From the NCBI GenBank assembly GCA_043732185.1, contig JAYTHY010000046.1:124876-188875 (forward strand): 64,000 nt of DNA. The letters run 5' to 3'. This document shows positions 19,174 to 31,148 of this stretch, piece after piece. Origin of the DNA: Fibrobacteria bacterium. GTDB taxonomy: Bacteria; Fibrobacterota; Fibrobacteria; UBA11236. The notes beneath the pieces are model-generated. The model saw only the letters and a list, made by a program, of their open reading frames with translations, was not told where the DNA came from and made no database searches. Position 1 is the first letter of the stretch. The number at the start of each line of letters is the position of its first letter. Both the position numbers and the translations under genes were made by a program.

Positions 19174-22100
19174 TTAAGCCGGAACTTGTTGGGTCGCTTC
19201 AGGAACGGGTATGCCGCTTTTTCGGTAGAACTCTTGGAGTGAACAAACATCCAGCTCTCCTCCCCTTAGCGCCTGAATGGCCTCTACAGCTGCTTCAGAA
19301 GCAGACAAGGTGGTGGTATACGGAATCTGCGCCAATAGTGCGGCTTTGCGAATCACGCCGTCATCGTCTTTGGAAGACTTTCCTGCAGGCGTATTGATCA
19401 GAAAGGCAAATTCCTTCTTTGCGATAAGCTCAACGACATTGGGGCGTCCCTCCGAAACCTTTTTCACGACCACGGCCGCAATGCCTTTGCTTTCTAGAAT
19501 CCGGGCTGTGCCCGAAGTAGCCACGATTTCAAATCCCATTTCCGTTAGCTTACGTGCGAGCGGCACGACCTTTTCCTTATCCCGATTATTCACCGAGATA
19601 AAGACCTTGCCATGCAAAGGGAGTGAATTTCCTGCTCCCATTTGGGCTTTTGCAAACGCCAGTCCAAAGTTGTAGTCGATGCCCATCACCTCGCCGGTGG
19701 ATTTCATTTCCGGACTTAGTAACGTATCCACGCCGTGAAATTTGGCGAAGGGGAAAACGCTTTCTTTTACCGCGATATAAGGCGGCATGCGGCTTTCCGT
19801 GAATCCCAATTCTTGCAAGGTTTTTCCCACCATGATTTTGGTGGCCAATTTGGTCAACGGAACGCCAATGGTTTTGCTGACAAAGGGAACGGTTCGGCTA
19901 CCGCGCGGATTGACTTCCAGGATATACACCAAATCATCCTTGATGGCATATTGGATGTTCATGAGACCAATAACCTTTAGCTCTTTGGCCAAAGCGATGG
20001 TTTGACGATCCAATTCCCGCAGCAGCCGGGGCGATAAATCCTGCGGAGGCAGAATGCAGGCGGAGTCACCGGAATGAATGCCCGCCTCTTCGATATGCTG
20101 CATGATGCCGGCCACCACTACGGTAGTCCCATCCGAAATGGCGTCGACATCGACTTCCATGGCCGAATCCAAAAATTTATCCACCAGCACCGGCCGCTCC
20201 GAGGACGCTTCAACGGCTGTGGACATGTACTTTTCCAACTCTTCCTGACTGTAAACGATCATCATCGCCCGTCCGCCCAACACAAAGGAAGGACGAATTA
20301 AAACCGGGTAGGTCAAGCCCTGCGCAATGGTTACGGCCTCCAGAGTATTGGTGGCAATGCCATGCGGGGGCTGGCGCAATCCCAGTCGTTCCACCATTTC
20401 CGAGAACAGTTTGCGATCTTCAGCAATGTCAATGGACGTGGGAGAGGTCCCGATGATGGGCGCTTTGGCAAGCTCCAGCGGTTTGGCCAATTTGAGCGGC
20501 GTCTGACCGCCGAATTGCAGGATGATGCCATCCGGCTGTTCCAGCTCGATGATATTGAGAATGTCTTCGCGGGTGAGCGGCTCAAAATAAAGTTTGTCGG
20601 AAGTATCGTAATCGGTGCTTACGGTTTCCGGATTGGAATTGACCATGATGGACTCATAGCCTTCTTCCTGTAACGCGAATGAAGCCTGGCAGCAGGCATA
20701 ATCGAATTCGATACCCTGCCCGATTCGATTGGGTCCCCCACCTACTATGAGCACCTTTTTGCGTGGTGAACGGATGGATTCATTTTCTTCTTCATAAGTG
20801 GAATAGTGATATGGCGTGAACGCCTTGAATTCCGCCGCGCACGTGTCCACGGTTTTGTACACGGGAAGGACACGGATGTTTTTACGGTGCGTCCTTACGG
20901 CATCTTCAGAAGACTTGAGTAGAAATCCCAACTGGTAATCGGAATAGCCCCATTGTTTGGCCTGCTTGACGATTCCATTGGATACAGTAGCCAGCGTTTG
21001 ACCCAAAAGTTCCCGTTTTTCAAACAGCACCAAATCCTGGATCTGGTTCAAGAACCATGGATCGATCATGCTCATGTCATGCAGTTTTTGCACGCTCCAG
21101 CCCAGCTCAAAGCCGCGTCGCACGGAAAGCACGCGATTGATACCGGGCCTCCGGAAGTCCAGATTATTAGGGATCTCCGCATCCGGGATTTCCTTTTTGC
21201 CATCTGCGCCCAGGCCATACCTATCGATTTCCATGGAACGCATGGCCTTCTGCAACGATTCCTTGAACGTGCGGCCGATGGCCATGGCTTCGCCCACAGA
21301 CTTCATCTGCGTGCCGAGAATGGAATCCGCTTGCGGAAATTTCTCAAAGGTAAAGCGGGGAATTTTAGTCACCACATAATCTATGGTGGGCTCGAAGCAA
21401 GCAGGCGTGACTCGGGTGATGTCGTTCAGCAATTCGTCCAGGGTATAGCCGACTGCGAGCTTGGCCGCAATTTTAGCGATGGGAAAACCCGTGGCCTTGC
21501 TGGCCAAAGCAGAACTGCGGGAGACCCGGGGATTCATTTCGATGATGAGCATCCGACCGTCTTTGGGATTGACCGCGAATTGCACGTTGGACCCGCCGGT
21601 TTCTACGCCAATCTCGCGAATACAGGCTATGGAAGCATCGCGCATGCGCTGGTATTCTTTATCCGTCAATGTCTGCGCCGGAGCCACGGTGATGGAGTCG
21701 CCGGTGTGAATGCCCATGGCATCTAAATTCTCGATAGAACAAATGATGACCACGTTGTCAGCCTTGTCCCGCATAACTTCCATCTCGAACTCTTTCCATC
21801 CCACGATGGATTCTTCGATGAGAACCTCGGAGGTTGGACTGAGCTGCAGGCCGCCGGCGGTAATCCGTTCAAATTCTTCCTCAGTATAGGCAAATCCGCC
21901 ACCGGCTCCACCCATGGTAAACGCAGGCCGGATTACCAATGGCAAACCGATTTCGGCTTTGGCTTTGCGGGCTTCTTCAATCGTGTGCGCGACAAAAGAC
22001 CGCGCGGATTCAATGCCGATTTTTTGCATGGCCACTTTGAACTGTTGGCGCGATTCCGCTTTCTCGATGGCTTCCAGGTTGGCGCCGATCATCTCGACAC

Positions 22101-22434
22101 CGTACTTTTTTAGAATGCCGCGCTTGGCAAGTTCGACGGCCGTATTGAGGCCGGTCTGCCCCCCCAAAGTGGGCAAGAGTGCGTCGGGTCTTTCCTTGGC
22201 GATGATTTTCTCGCACATTTCCCAGGTTATGGGTTCAATGTAGGTGGCATCCGCCAGGCCTGGATCGGTCATGATGGTGGCCGGATTGGAGTTGATCAAG
22301 ACAACTTCAAAGCCTTCTTCTTTAAGCGCTTTACAGGCCTGAGTTCCGGAATAATCGAATTCGCAAGCCTGCCCAATCACGATGGGGCCGCTGCCGATGA
22401 GCATAATCTTATGAAGGTCGGTTCTTTTGGGCAT
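19174..22434 (-). CDS. carB: Carbamoyl-phosphate synthase large subunit
   Basis: MPKRTD...[49 protein letters not shown]-terminal MGS domain. Confidence 0.99.
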   Translation of the reverse strand: MPKRTDLHKIMLIGSGPIVIGQACEFDYSGTQACKALKEEGFEVVLINSNPATIMTDPGLADATYIEPITWEMCEKIIAKERPDALLPTLGGQTGLNTAVELAKRGILKKYGVEMIGANLEAIEKAESRQQFKVAMQKIGIESARSFVAHTIEEARKAKAEIGLPLVIRPAFTMGGAGGGFAYTEEEFERITAGGLQLSPTSEVLIEESIVGWKEFEMEVMRDKADNVVIICSIENLDAMGIHTGDSITVAPAQTLTDKEYQRMRDASIACIREIGVETGGSNVQFAVNPKDGRMLIIEMNPRVSRSSALASKATGFPIAKIAAKLAVGYTLDELLNDITRVTPACFEPTIDYVVTKIPRFTFEKFPQADSILGTQMKSVGEAMAIGRTFKESLQKAMRSMEIDRYGLGADGKKEIPDAEIPNNLDFRRPGINRVLSVRRGFELGWSVQKLHDMSMIDPWFLNQIQDLVLFEKRELLGQTLATVSNGIVKQAKQWGYSDYQLGFLLKSSEDAVRTHRKNIRVLPVYKTVDTCAAEFKAFTPYHYSTYEEENESIRSPRKKVLIVGGGPNRIGQGIEFDYACCQASFALQEEGYESIMVNSNPETVSTDYDTSDKLYFEPLTREDILNIIELEQPDGIILQFGGQTPLKLAKPLELAKAPIIGTSPTSIDIAEDRKLFSEMVERLGLRQPPHGIATNTLEAVTIAQGLTYPVLIRPSFVLGGRAMMIVYSQEELEKYMSTAVEASSERPVLVDKFLDSAMEVDVDAISDGTTVVVAGIMQHIEEAGIHSGDSACILPPQDLSPRLLRELDRQTIALAKELKVIGLMNIQYAIKDDLVYILEVNPRGSRTVPFVSKTIGVPLTKLATKIMVGKTLQELGFTESRMPPYIAVKESVFPFAKFHGVDTLLSPEMKSTGEVMGIDYNFGLAFAKAQMGAGNSLPLHGKVFISVNNRDKEKVVPLARKLTEMGFEIVATSGTARILESKGIAAVVVKKVSEGRPNVVELIAKKEFAFLINTPAGKSSKDDDGVIRKAALLAQIPYTTTLSASEAAVEAIQALRGGELDVCSLQEFYRKSGIPVPEATQQVPA

Positions 22435-22720
22435 CGGGGGGGAAAGATAACATTTTAACTATGGCTTTCAGGTCCATTTCTCCCATCATAGCAGGAGCAT
22501 CCCCAGCAGCCACTTCCAATTGAGGGTTGGCTGCCGAAAAACGATAAACCCTTCTGGAAACCATGCCAACCAGGGCTAGGCTGCCACTGCCCAAATATTG
22601 AAACAATCGTGGTTCCAGCCCTTTGATGGGCTCCCTTTCCAACGTGATGGATTCCGTGCTTGTCGCAGCCATGGCATTGCCCGCCAACCATTGACCTCGT
22701 TTATTTCCACAACAACCCAT
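22409..22720 (-). CDS. Small hypothetical protein with N-terminal MGCCGxKR motif
   Basis: ATG at 22720 preceded by AGGGGAG SD, 20 nt after the upstream stop; C-terminal FQYLG...[10 protein letters not shown]...VAAGDA region; overlaps the carB start by 26 nt. Confidence 0.65.
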   Translation of the reverse strand: MGCCGNKRGQWLAGNAMAATSTESITLEREPIKGLEPRLFQYLGSGSLALVGMVSRRVYRFSAANPQLEVAAGDAPAMMGEMDLKAIVKMLSFPPDAQKNRPS

Positions 22721-22739
22721 ACCGATTTTCTCCCCCTGT

Positions 22740-23009
22740 TTATTTTTTTTCCGTCGCTTTGAAAAGCAAACTGGCACCACCGGACAATGCCAGGCCTAGT
22801 ATTCCCATTTCTAAATAATTGCCACCCAAATAGACGGCAAAAGGAATCGCTATCCAAATACTGAGACAGTAAAAACAATCCATCAAACTTCCCAAAAATC
22901 CTTGCCCAAGCACTTTCCTTAATTTGAATATCCAATCAAAAGGCCCATCTTCCTGTGAAAAAAGATGGGCCAGCCGCCACACGGCGAGTGTAGCGACTAA
23001 GAATTCCAT
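22740..23009 (-). CDS. Small membrane protein, DUF1360-like, with CxxC
   Basis: [18 protein letters not shown]...[11 protein letters not shown]; three hydrophobic segments. Confidence 0.75.
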   Translation of the reverse strand: MEFLVATLAVWRLAHLFSQEDGPFDWIFKLRKVLGQGFLGSLMDCFYCLSIWIAIPFAVYLGGNYLEMGILGLALSGGASLLFKATEKK

Positions 23010-23023
23010 GAATGATGTCCGGA

Positions 23024-25357
23024 TTATGGCGACAACCTTTCCATGGCAACGCTGGAACTGGTAAGGTACTGTCCACTGCGGCCATCGTTGTATCCATTGG
23101 TCACCCGTTTATAGGCGCTCAGTGTAAAGCTGAGCACAGTATAATACTCGGCAGCTCGAATCCATCCCGTCTCCGAAGCCCCAGGTTGGAACTCGACTTT
23201 TATCATTCCAGGAGAAGAAAACGCCGCTAGCGTGCCCGTGTACCCGGGGCAATTGTTCGCAAAGGTATTGAGCGGTGCGGAACCGGAGGACATGGTTGTA
23301 CTCAAGGACGTGGTATTTGCCAAAGGTGGCTTATGTGTGTTGATTTGCAAAGCCAACATCGGCTCCGGACAGCGTCCCATTGTCAGTTCAAATAAATCCA
23401 CGAAGCCGTAGGGATCATTAGCCATAAAAGACAGGTTCAAAGGATCGTTCATTTGTCCATCTGTTAAGCGATACAAGCCGCAACCCGCATTCACAATGGC
23501 AGGATTGGCAAATACCGGACCCACCAGTCCAAAGTTCAAGGGAACATTGTGGATATAAAGCGGAATCATATCGGAAAGGTTTGGCACTCGTTTTCCAGCA
23601 ACATCATAGCAGTCAATTTTGACCAGGAAGGTACCAGGAGTAACAACACCCGCCACCATATCAAACAAAGTGGTGTACAGCTGCATGTACCGATCGGAAT
23701 TGGCGAACTCCCAATCAATCCCTTCAGCATTGATTTCATGCTGAATGTTTTTGTACGCAGCCACATTAACCAAGTCACCACCATCTACATGTAAGGGCAC
23801 AGTAAAAGGACCAACGTCATCGCCGATATAATTTGGCAAATTGCGATTGGAAAATTTAGGGTGCTTATAATTCTGACTGACAAAGGTCCAATTGGAGGTT
23901 CCGGCACGTTTAATTCGGATGGTATACCATTTGGCGAGGTTTTGGTCAGCGGGTTTCGACGTGTCATACATACAGCCGCGCATATCAATGACACCCTCCC
24001 AAGCCGCACACTGTATTTTGAATTGGGCCATGGTGTTATTGACGGATATCCGCCCGGTGGAATCCAAGTCATTGCTATAGCCCGAGCGGGTGAGCGCCAC
24101 CGCTGATTCAGAACCAAAAGTGTTCTGATTGCCACCGATAAAGACATTGCCCAAGCTGCCGACCAGATTGCCGTTGAAACATGCGGCAGTGGGCCGGACG
24201 GTGGATTTTGGCAAACACAAATTGATGCGCTTTAAATTGGGAATATTGTAATAGGGCGCGCTTTCATACAGAACCGTATAGGGCGCGAAACCGGTGACTT
24301 TTACAATGATATCCGGATAAATAATGACATCCACATTTTCACCGAAAGCGATATCGCCGGCATCAGCCAGTCCCGGAACTTCCAAATCAAATGCAAAGCG
24401 GAAGATATAATTGCCGAACATATCGGTTACGGTATCGCCCAACAATTGCCGGTTGCCCGTGCCCGAATATGCGCCCCCGGCCAACTCCGCTCCAGTGCGA
24501 TCATACTCCTCAAAAGTTAGGGTGATATTTTCAGCCGGTTCCGTTTGACATCCAAAGTAGAGTCCATCAATTGCCTTGGCGATGTCTGGCCGATTGGTAA
24601 AAATGTTTTCACTTATGGACATGGTTTCGCTGGTAGAAAAAGCGGAGGTGGATTTAACAGCCGCAGATTTTAGCAGATTGAATTCATTAAATGGTTTGCC
24701 CCCTGAAATCGCGCTCAATTCAGCTCTAGCCTTAGGCGCAGATTTGGAATCAACGGCTTCCTTGCGCTGGTATACCAACTGGGTTTTGGGAAGTGTCGCT
24801 TCGCCAAATAGGTCGAGCACAATAGGTTTGAAAGGTCCGGGATCGGGCTCGGGAGGAAATGGGAAATGCGGAACTCGCTCTGGATACAAATTGGTAATAA
24901 GATCCTTGAGCTTAGGATTCAACATGGCATCCAACAACCCAGGATACGTATCGATCACATAAGGACGTTTTCGGCACGGATTGAAAAGGCAACGACCACT
25001 GTAAAGCGACACGTTGCCATAAATCATGAAGTCATTGATGGTGGCCACTGTGCTGCAAGTTAAAACCAGGTCATTGAAATCACCGTCAGCGCCATCCTCA
25101 GATCCAATGTCAAATACATATTCAGTTCCCACCCTATGGGGAAATTTGATTTGAGCCTTAGATACCCGAAAGCCGGTGCCGGGATTGTTCTGAATGGCGA
25201 TGGACCATTGATTGCCAACCACGGTGGCCGAAACTCCGACAGTTCCGGCATAACTGCCGTTTCCTGAAACTGCCCCACTCACTAGGAAGCGCTGGTCGTA
25301 GGAAGCACTTTTCGATTTAACTGTCACTTTCCAGTTTCCCTGCATCGATATAATCAT
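23024..25357 (-). CDS. Large hypothetical protein (~777 aa), beta-rich, with an N-terminal lectin-like Ca-binding motif
   Basis: Long ORF; AAAGGA SD before ATG 25357; [32 protein letters not shown]...PDIIVKV; no signal peptide. Confidence 0.8.
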   Translation of the reverse strand: MIISMQGNWKVTVKSKSASYDQRFLVSGAVSGNGSYAGTVGVSATVVGNQWSIAIQNNPGTGFRVSKAQIKFPHRVGTEYVFDIGSEDGADGDFNDLVLTCSTVATINDFMIYGNVSLYSGRCLFNPCRKRPYVIDTYPGLLDAMLNPKLKDLITNLYPERVPHFPFPPEPDPGPFKPIVLDLFGEATLPKTQLVYQRKEAVDSKSAPKARAELSAISGGKPFNEFNLLKSAAVKSTSAFSTSETMSISENIFTNRPDIAKAIDGLYFGCQTEPAENITLTFEEYDRTGAELAGGAYSGTGNRQLLGDTVTDMFGNYIFRFAFDLEVPGLADAGDIAFGENVDVIIYPDIIVKVTGFAPYTVLYESAPYYNIPNLKRINLCLPKSTVRPTAACFNGNLVGSLGNVFIGGNQNTFGSESAVALTRSGYSNDLDSTGRISVNNTMAQFKIQCAAWEGVIDMRGCMYDTSKPADQNLAKWYTIRIKRAGTSNWTFVSQNYKHPKFSNRNLPNYIGDDVGPFTVPLHVDGGDLVNVAAYKNIQHEINAEGIDWEFANSDRYMQLYTTLFDMVAGVVTPGTFLVKIDCYDVAGKRVPNLSDMIPLYIHNVPLNFGLVGPVFANPAIVNAGCGLYRLTDGQMNDPLNLSFMANDPYGFVDLFELTMGRCPEPMLALQINTHKPPLANTTSLSTTMSSGSAPLNTFANNCPGYTGTLAAFSSPGMIKVEFQPGASETGWIRAAEYYTVLSFTLSAYKRVTNGYNDGRSGQYLTSSSVAMERLSP

Positions 25358-25696
25358 GATGTATTCCTTTGGTGATTGAATAAGCAGGGACCATCGGCCC
25401 CTTTGCGAATTAGACATCGCTATCGCCAAACCAGGTAACATTTTTTCTGTCTGTCGGCCTTGGCTGTCCCATTCTGAGAGGCTATGATGGCAGAGGCCAA
25501 TCCGAATAATGCAATTGTGACGGGCAAGTCAAAAGGTAAATGGCTGAATGGAAGAGCACATTTAGCTACTGTGGGATAGGTAGCCATGAGCATGATCCAG
25601 GTATCGGAATTAGACACCAAACCCGATTATATTTTTAGTTGCTCCTGGTAGCAGGGAGTGAAACGTGGGATTATTGCGCTGGTAGAGCGCGGCACC

Positions 25697-27766
25697 TTAC
25701 AGCAGCCTTCCACAAGCATAACGCCTAATTTCCTGCGTGAGTTCAAAGTCAGCCAGGAGATCCGTATATCGGAGCGCACCATATCCACTTTGATCCGTCC
25801 CCTCCAGGTTACCGGTACCACGCGATTTGAGATCCATTTCCGCAATTTTGAATCCATCATCGGTTTCAGAAAATCCGGTAAGGCGTTCCAGAGTATCCGC
25901 TGGCCATTCCTGCTCCGGCATGGCTAGAAAGCACCATGCCTGGGTGGATCCGCGCCCCGTGCGCCCGCGCAACTGATGCAATTGGGCAAGTCCAAAACGG
26001 TCCGGACCCTCGATGACCATCACATTGGCATTGGGAACATCCACACCCACTTCGATCACCGTAGTTGCCAAAAGCAGGTGGATTTCTCCGGCTCTAAATG
26101 CTTTTAGCGTCGATTCTTTCTGCTCCTGCGTGAGTCGCCCATGAACGATTCCCACGCGCCAATCGTTTGTAAACGATCGAAGTTCTTTTTCAACCTTTTC
26201 TAAAGTCGCAATATCTTCATCAGGCCGGCGGGGCACCTCTGGTTTAGGCACTGGAATAGAGAAAATATCCGGATCGTCTGAAACAGGTTTTTCCGGTGAC
26301 TTTCCGATTTGTGGAACGACCCAATAAATTTGATTTCCGTTCAACGCTTCCTTGCGTAAAAAGGTGAGCATGTCGTGGCGTTTATGAGCGGGCACCAGTC
26401 GGGTTTTTACGGGCAATCGACCGGGTGGTTTTTCCTTCAGCACAAGACTTTCCAAATCGCCAAACACCGTATGCGCTAACGTGCGTGGAATGGGCGTTGC
26501 GGACATATACAGGATATCCGGATCATTTCCTTTAGCAACGATAGCTTGCCTTTGTTGCACGCCAAAGCGGTGCTGCTCGTCGATAAGGACCAAACCCAAA
26601 TCCCGGAATTGGACGCCTGCCGAGAACAAAGCATGCGTACCCATGATAAAAGTCAACTCACCGGAGGCCAGCTTTTTCAGCATTTCCTCCCGCTCGGTTT
26701 TTCCGGTGTCACCTGTTAAAAGTCCGCAAGGAATTCCCGCTGCGGCAAGCCAAGGTGAAAGCGTTTGCATATGCTGGATTGCTAGAATTTCCGTGGGTGC
26801 AAGCAGTGAGACTTGACCTCCCGCCTCCAGCACATTGGCCGCCGCGAGCAAGGCTACCACGGTTTTGCCGGACCCTACATCACCCTGAAGCAATCCACAG
26901 AATTGACTGGCTTGCGCTTGACCTTCGGAAATCTTTTCCACCGCTTCCAGCTGCCCGGCTGTTAGTGAAAAGGGAAAGCCGGCCAACAACGTTTTCGCAA
27001 GGTGACGGGAATTTGGCCACGCCCTTCCGACCTTTAGCCTTTCGCGCTTCAATGCTTCCAAGCGCATGGACAAGGGCAACAGCTCGCGTATTTTTAGCTG
27101 CCGCCGTAAGTTGGGAATGCTGTCCATACTTTGCGGCTGGTGCAAACCGCGCAGCAGATCCGCTTCCGCGATCAAACCCAGGTCCTTGCGTTCTTTTTCG
27201 GGAATGGCATCGGTAAAGGTGAATTGGTCTAGGGCGGAAAGACAGATGCGTTGTAAAAATTTATGCTCCACATGACCTGCAGCCATGTCCATAGTCAATG
27301 GATATCGGGAGAGGATGGACCCCTTCACTTCCTGGCCCTCTGCGAGAACTTCCCATTCCGGATGGACAATTTGCATGTCCCGAAAAAAAGACGGGACACC
27401 GGCTACCAAGATGCGCTGGCCTTCATGAAACCGGTTTCTCAAAAATTGCACACCATTGAAAAAGAGGAGTTCTAAAGTGCCGGTTTCGTCCTCCACCTCA
27501 ACCACCATGCGGGTTTGGATAATCGATAGAGAGATGACCTTAGCAGGAAATATGGCGTCTTTTCCCACCTCCAGTTGGCCGATTGGGGTAAACTGGGTGC
27601 GGTCGATATAGCGCCTGGGCAGATGATAGACTAGATCGCGGAGGGTGTGGATTCCTGCTTCAGCCAGCAGTTTTTTCCGCTTAGGACCCACGCCTTCCAG
27701 ACGGGACATATCGGATACGCCGGACATACCCGAAAAGATAGCCTCTTTCTTAAACGTCTGGGGCAA
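25697..27766 (-). CDS. recG: ATP-dependent DNA helicase RecG
   Basis: PRRYIDR, LQGDVGSGKT, DEQHRFGV, MSATPIPRTL, TTVIEVGVDVPNA, LHQLRGR. Exact start uncertain. Confidence 0.96.
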   Translation of the reverse strand: MPQTFKKEAIFSGMSGVSDMSRLEGVGPKRKKLLAEAGIHTLRDLVYHLPRRYIDRTQFTPIGQLEVGKDAIFPAKVISLSIIQTRMVVEVEDETGTLELLFFNGVQFLRNRFHEGQRILVAGVPSFFRDMQIVHPEWEVLAEGQEVKGSILSRYPLTMDMAAGHVEHKFLQRICLSALDQFTFTDAIPEKERKDLGLIAEADLLRGLHQPQSMDSIPNLRRQLKIRELLPLSMRLEALKRERLKVGRAWPNSRHLAKTLLAGFPFSLTAGQLEAVEKISEGQAQASQFCGLLQGDVGSGKTVVALLAAANVLEAGGQVSLLAPTEILAIQHMQTLSPWLAAAGIPCGLLTGDTGKTEREEMLKKLASGELTFIMGTHALFSAGVQFRDLGLVLIDEQHRFGVQQRQAIVAKGNDPDILYMSATPIPRTLAHTVFGDLESLVLKEKPPGRLPVKTRLVPAHKRHDMLTFLRKEALNGNQIYWVVPQIGKSPEKPVSDDPDIFSIPVPKPEVPRRPDEDIATLEKVEKELRSFTNDWRVGIVHGRLTQEQKESTLKAFRAGEIHLLLATTVIEVGVDVPNANVMVIEGPDRFGLAQLHQLRGRTGRGSTQAWCFLAMPEQEWPADTLERLTGFSETDDGFKIAEMDLKSRGTGNLEGTDQSGYGALRYTDLLADFELTQEIRRYACGRLL

Positions 27767-27772
27767 GCACCA

Positions 27773-29371
27773 TCAGTACTTGAATTCCGTGGCGTTGATT
27801 TCAAAACGACTTAATGCATAGCGAAGTTGTCTTAGGGACACGCCGAGCATTCGGGCCGCATGCGTTTGAATGCCGCCGGCATTGTGCATGGCCTCGCGGA
27901 TATCCTTTTCCCGCAATGGCACCCGCTCATATAGTTGGCGCTCTTTGGAACGGCTACTCAAAGGTGAAAAGGTCACGGCGGCATTGGTAGCAGCTGGTAA
28001 AGGTACAGGAACAGGATCCGGTACCTCAATCATGGAATTGAGTATGGGAATGTCCTTGGGTGTGAGCGCTTCCGACCCGGCCAACACTACAGTTCTCTCG
28101 ATGGTGTTTTCCAACTCCCGAACGTTTCCAGGCCACGGGTAGCCTTCCAAAAACTCCATCACTTCGCGCGAGACGGTGATGCGCTTATTGTACTTGGTCG
28201 TAAACTTTTTCAGAAAGTAGGAGACCAGCGGCAAAATATCTTCTTTGCGTTGCCTGAGTGGAGGCACATTCAGTGGAACAACCATCAGCCTATAGTAGAG
28301 GTCTTCACGGAATTTCTTGTCCCTGACCATCTGTTCCAAATTCGCATTGGTTGCACAGATAAGGCGCACATCCGCAGTCATAGTTTTGGAGGAGCCGACG
28401 CGTTCAAAGGTGCCATCTTGAATGACGCGAAGCAATTTGGCTTGGGTCTCCGCCGGAATCTCACCGATTTCATCCAAAAATAGAGTACCGCCATCCGCGG
28501 CTTCAAACCGGCCGATCCGTTGCGCCAAGGCTCCCGTAAAAGCACCTTTCTCATGCCCAAAAAGTTCACTTTCAATGAGGCCACTGGGGAGCGCGGCGCA
28601 GTTTACAATGACAAACGGAGCCTTCTGCCTTGGGCTGGAATAGTGGATGGAACGAGCCAATAACGTTTTTCCTGTACCGCTTTCTCCACGCAACAAAACG
28701 GATGCATCTGTACCGGACACTCTTTTGACCATTGCCAATGTTTTGGACATAGCCGATGAATTGCTTATCAAATTATCGGGGTTGAAGCGCTCTTCCAATT
28801 CTGCATGCAGTTCTTTGTTCTCTTGTACCAGACGGGAATTCTCTTCGCGTATCATTTCCGCAATGCGCAACGTTTGAGAAAGCAATGAAGCGACAATCTT
28901 CATTACTCGGATGTCCTCATCCACCATGGTGCTGCTGCGCGATGTGCGGTGCGCGGTAATGACACCAATGGGTCGTGAATCGAGAATTACCGGAACGGCG
29001 ATAAACCCTATCCGATACAAATTGAAGGCTTCCGCATTGTCTTTGGGTATGGGAATACCCGGCATTTCGTCCGCATCCGGCAATGCCATGGGTAGGCAAT
29101 TGCTGAAAACCTTGCCTACAAAATCATCACCAATTTTATAGACAGCACTGCGAATTTCCTCGGGCGAGAATCCGATACTCGCCTTTATCACTAAAAACTT
29201 TCGATCGGAAGTGGGCATCAACAAGGTGCCTCGTTCCAAATCCAAAGTTTCGGAGAGGGTATGCAGACATTGATTCGCCACTTCCCGATAATCGAGCGAG
29301 GAACTGAAAAGTTTGCTGATCTCGGTTAAGGCAGTCATAATTCTGCCCTGATGAATGGTAAAGTCTCTCAT
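27773..29371 (-). CDS. Sigma-54-dependent Fis-family activator, NifA-like architecture (GAF-AAA+-HTH)
   Basis: GAF N-terminus, [41 protein letters not shown]-terminal [14 protein letters not shown]. Confidence 0.92.
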   Translation of the reverse strand: MRDFTIHQGRIMTALTEISKLFSSSLDYREVANQCLHTLSETLDLERGTLLMPTSDRKFLVIKASIGFSPEEIRSAVYKIGDDFVGKVFSNCLPMALPDADEMPGIPIPKDNAEAFNLYRIGFIAVPVILDSRPIGVITAHRTSRSSTMVDEDIRVMKIVASLLSQTLRIAEMIREENSRLVQENKELHAELEERFNPDNLISNSSAMSKTLAMVKRVSGTDASVLLRGESGTGKTLLARSIHYSSPRQKAPFVIVNCAALPSGLIESELFGHEKGAFTGALAQRIGRFEAADGGTLFLDEIGEIPAETQAKLLRVIQDGTFERVGSSKTMTADVRLICATNANLEQMVRDKKFREDLYYRLMVVPLNVPPLRQRKEDILPLVSYFLKKFTTKYNKRITVSREVMEFLEGYPWPGNVRELENTIERTVVLAGSEALTPKDIPILNSMIEVPDPVPVPLPAATNAAVTFSPLSSRSKERQLYERVPLREKDIREAMHNAGGIQTHAARMLGVSLRQLRYALSRFEINATEFKY

Positions 29372-29386
29372 GCCTTCAATCCTAAT

Positions 29387-29403
29387 ATGTCAATTATTGA
29401 CAT
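29387..29403. promoter_or_regulatory. Palindromic operator-like site just upstream of the sigma-54 activator gene
   Basis: ATGTCAA-tta-TTGACAT in an AT-rich divergent intergenic region. Confidence 0.5.
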
Positions 29404-29599
29404 TAAAGTGAACAAATATCGTATTTGTCATTATTTGTCTGATTTTTCATTGCTTTCAAGCGTTGTATCTTAACAAAAGCAAAAAATACACCAAAAAAGC
29501 TGGGACGCCATCATCCTAAAATCGCGAAATCGCACAAAAGAGGTTAAAGCGAGTAGAATTCAGAGTATTCTTACCTAAAACCCCTTATTTGAGGCCCAC

Positions 29600-31081
29600 A
29601 TGAAGCTGCTTTTAGCATCGATGGAAAAATTACCCGCCGCGCAAATTCCACCCCTCATCCTAATTGCCGACCAGGAAAAGTTGCTTGGAACACTGCCCAA
29701 AGCCAATGACACAAACTCTGCCAAAGTCAGGGAAATTGTCAAACAGCAAACGGCCAAACTGCTCACAGAAACCATTGAGCTGCTTTCCGGCACCAGCCCA
29801 CTACTGGCAGTTTGTCAGGTGCCAACCAAAAAAGGGCTCGATGGCGAAGACCGTTTACGCCTCGCCGCTTCTCGCATTCTCGATTTTCAAAAAAGCCGAT
29901 CCCTTCCCCGCGTGGCGATTTCCTTGGACAAGGCGACTGCCAGGGAATTTCAAGCGATATGCGAAGGCTTGTTGATTTCCGCCTATGACTTTCGCAAATA
30001 CAAAAGCGATAAAAATGCAGGTAAGCATGCTAACAATGAAGTGATGCTGCTCGTATCCGCTCAAGACCTTAAGAGCTTTTCCCTTGTCCTGTCCGAAGTG
30101 GAAACCATTTGCCACCAGATCAACCTGTGCCGCGACCTAGTCAATGAACCCGGCTCCGCTTTGGATCCGCAGGACTTTGCGGAATACGCGCGCAAGGCTG
30201 CCAAAGAGTTCTCGCTTACGGTTAAAATCAGAGATGAGAAAAAATTGGTTAGCGATGGATACATGGGATTATGGACCGTGGGCAAAGGATCGGACCGACC
30301 ACCGCGCATGGTAACCTTGGAGTACACAGGTGGGAAAGCACGTAAGAACGGGCCCCATCTGTGCATTGTAGGCAAAGGCGTCACTTTCGATACCGGTGGC
30401 ATCAGCATCAAACCCAGTCAGGGCATGTGGGAAATGAAATGCGACATGGCAGGTGCGGCTACGGCCCTTACAGCTTTGTGCGCCATTGCGGCTTTGAAGT
30501 TGCCCATTAAAGTCAGCGCCGTGCTTTGCCTTGCGGAAAATCGCCCTGGCAATGCTTCCGTTTTACCCGGTGATATTTTCACCGCCAAAAACGGCAAGAC
30601 CATTATGGTGGACAATACCGATGCGGAAGGTCGTTTGGTCTTAACCGATGGATTGGCAGAAGCCGGTGCCCTAGGAGCGACGCATATAATTGACTTGGCC
30701 ACTTTGACCGGCGCCATCGTCCGCGCCTTAGGTACATCGATCGCGGGACTTTTTAGTAACGAGCCGGACTTTTCCCAAACCATTCTCACGGCCGGCAAAA
30801 ATGTCGGAGAGAAATACTGTGCCATTCCCATTGAAGAAGAATACCGGGAGCATCTCGACGATCCGGTTGCCGATATGAAAAATGTTGGCAAATCGGAAGC
30901 GGGTGCCATTACCGCAGCACTATTTCTCCAAGAATTCGTACCCGCCAAGACCGCTTGGTCTCATCTCGACATCGCCGGGACGGCCTTTACCACTTCCACA
31001 TGGAAATATTTCAAGCCTGGGGGAACCGGTTTTGGAGTCAAGACCTTGGTGGAAACGGCCCGTAGCCTTGCCGGACGTTGA
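29600..31081 (+). CDS. pepA: Leucyl aminopeptidase (M17)
   Basis: VGKGVTFDTGG, MKCDMAGAA, NTDAEGRL, ATLTGA, HLDIAG. Confidence 0.95.
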   Translation: MKLLLASMEKLPAAQIPPLILIADQEKLLGTLPKANDTNSAKVREIVKQQTAKLLTETIELLSGTSPLLAVCQVPTKKGLDGEDRLRLAASRILDFQKSRSLPRVAISLDKATAREFQAICEGLLISAYDFRKYKSDKNAGKHANNEVMLLVSAQDLKSFSLVLSEVETICHQINLCRDLVNEPGSALDPQDFAEYARKAAKEFSLTVKIRDEKKLVSDGYMGLWTVGKGSDRPPRMVTLEYTGGKARKNGPHLCIVGKGVTFDTGGISIKPSQGMWEMKCDMAGAATALTALCAIAALKLPIKVSAVLCLAENRPGNASVLPGDIFTAKNGKTIMVDNTDAEGRLVLTDGLAEAGALGATHIIDLATLTGAIVRALGTSIAGLFSNEPDFSQTILTAGKNVGEKYCAIPIEEEYREHLDDPVADMKNVGKSEAGAITAALFLQEFVPAKTAWSHLDIAGTAFTTSTWKYFKPGGTGFGVKTLVETARSLAGR

Positions 31082-31148
31082 ACGAATGGCGTAGAACACG
31101 TGGCTCCGGTCTCATCCCGAACCGCTGGGTTGCTATATTAAATCGCAC

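Noticed and set aside
20953..21726. 257-aa plus-strand ORF and other antisense ORFs within carB, guaA/hflX and the fab genes
   Set aside because: Fully nested antisense to well-conserved genes and no family motifs.
25665..25696. GCGCTGGTAGAGCGC resembling a tRNA D-arm (possible integration site)
   Set aside because: No T-arm (GTTCGA), acceptor stem or cloverleaf; just a 5-bp hairpin after the recG stop.
27773..29371. Calling the regulator nifA / evidence of nitrogen fixation
   Set aside because: The architecture is shared by many bEBPs and no nif genes are in the window.
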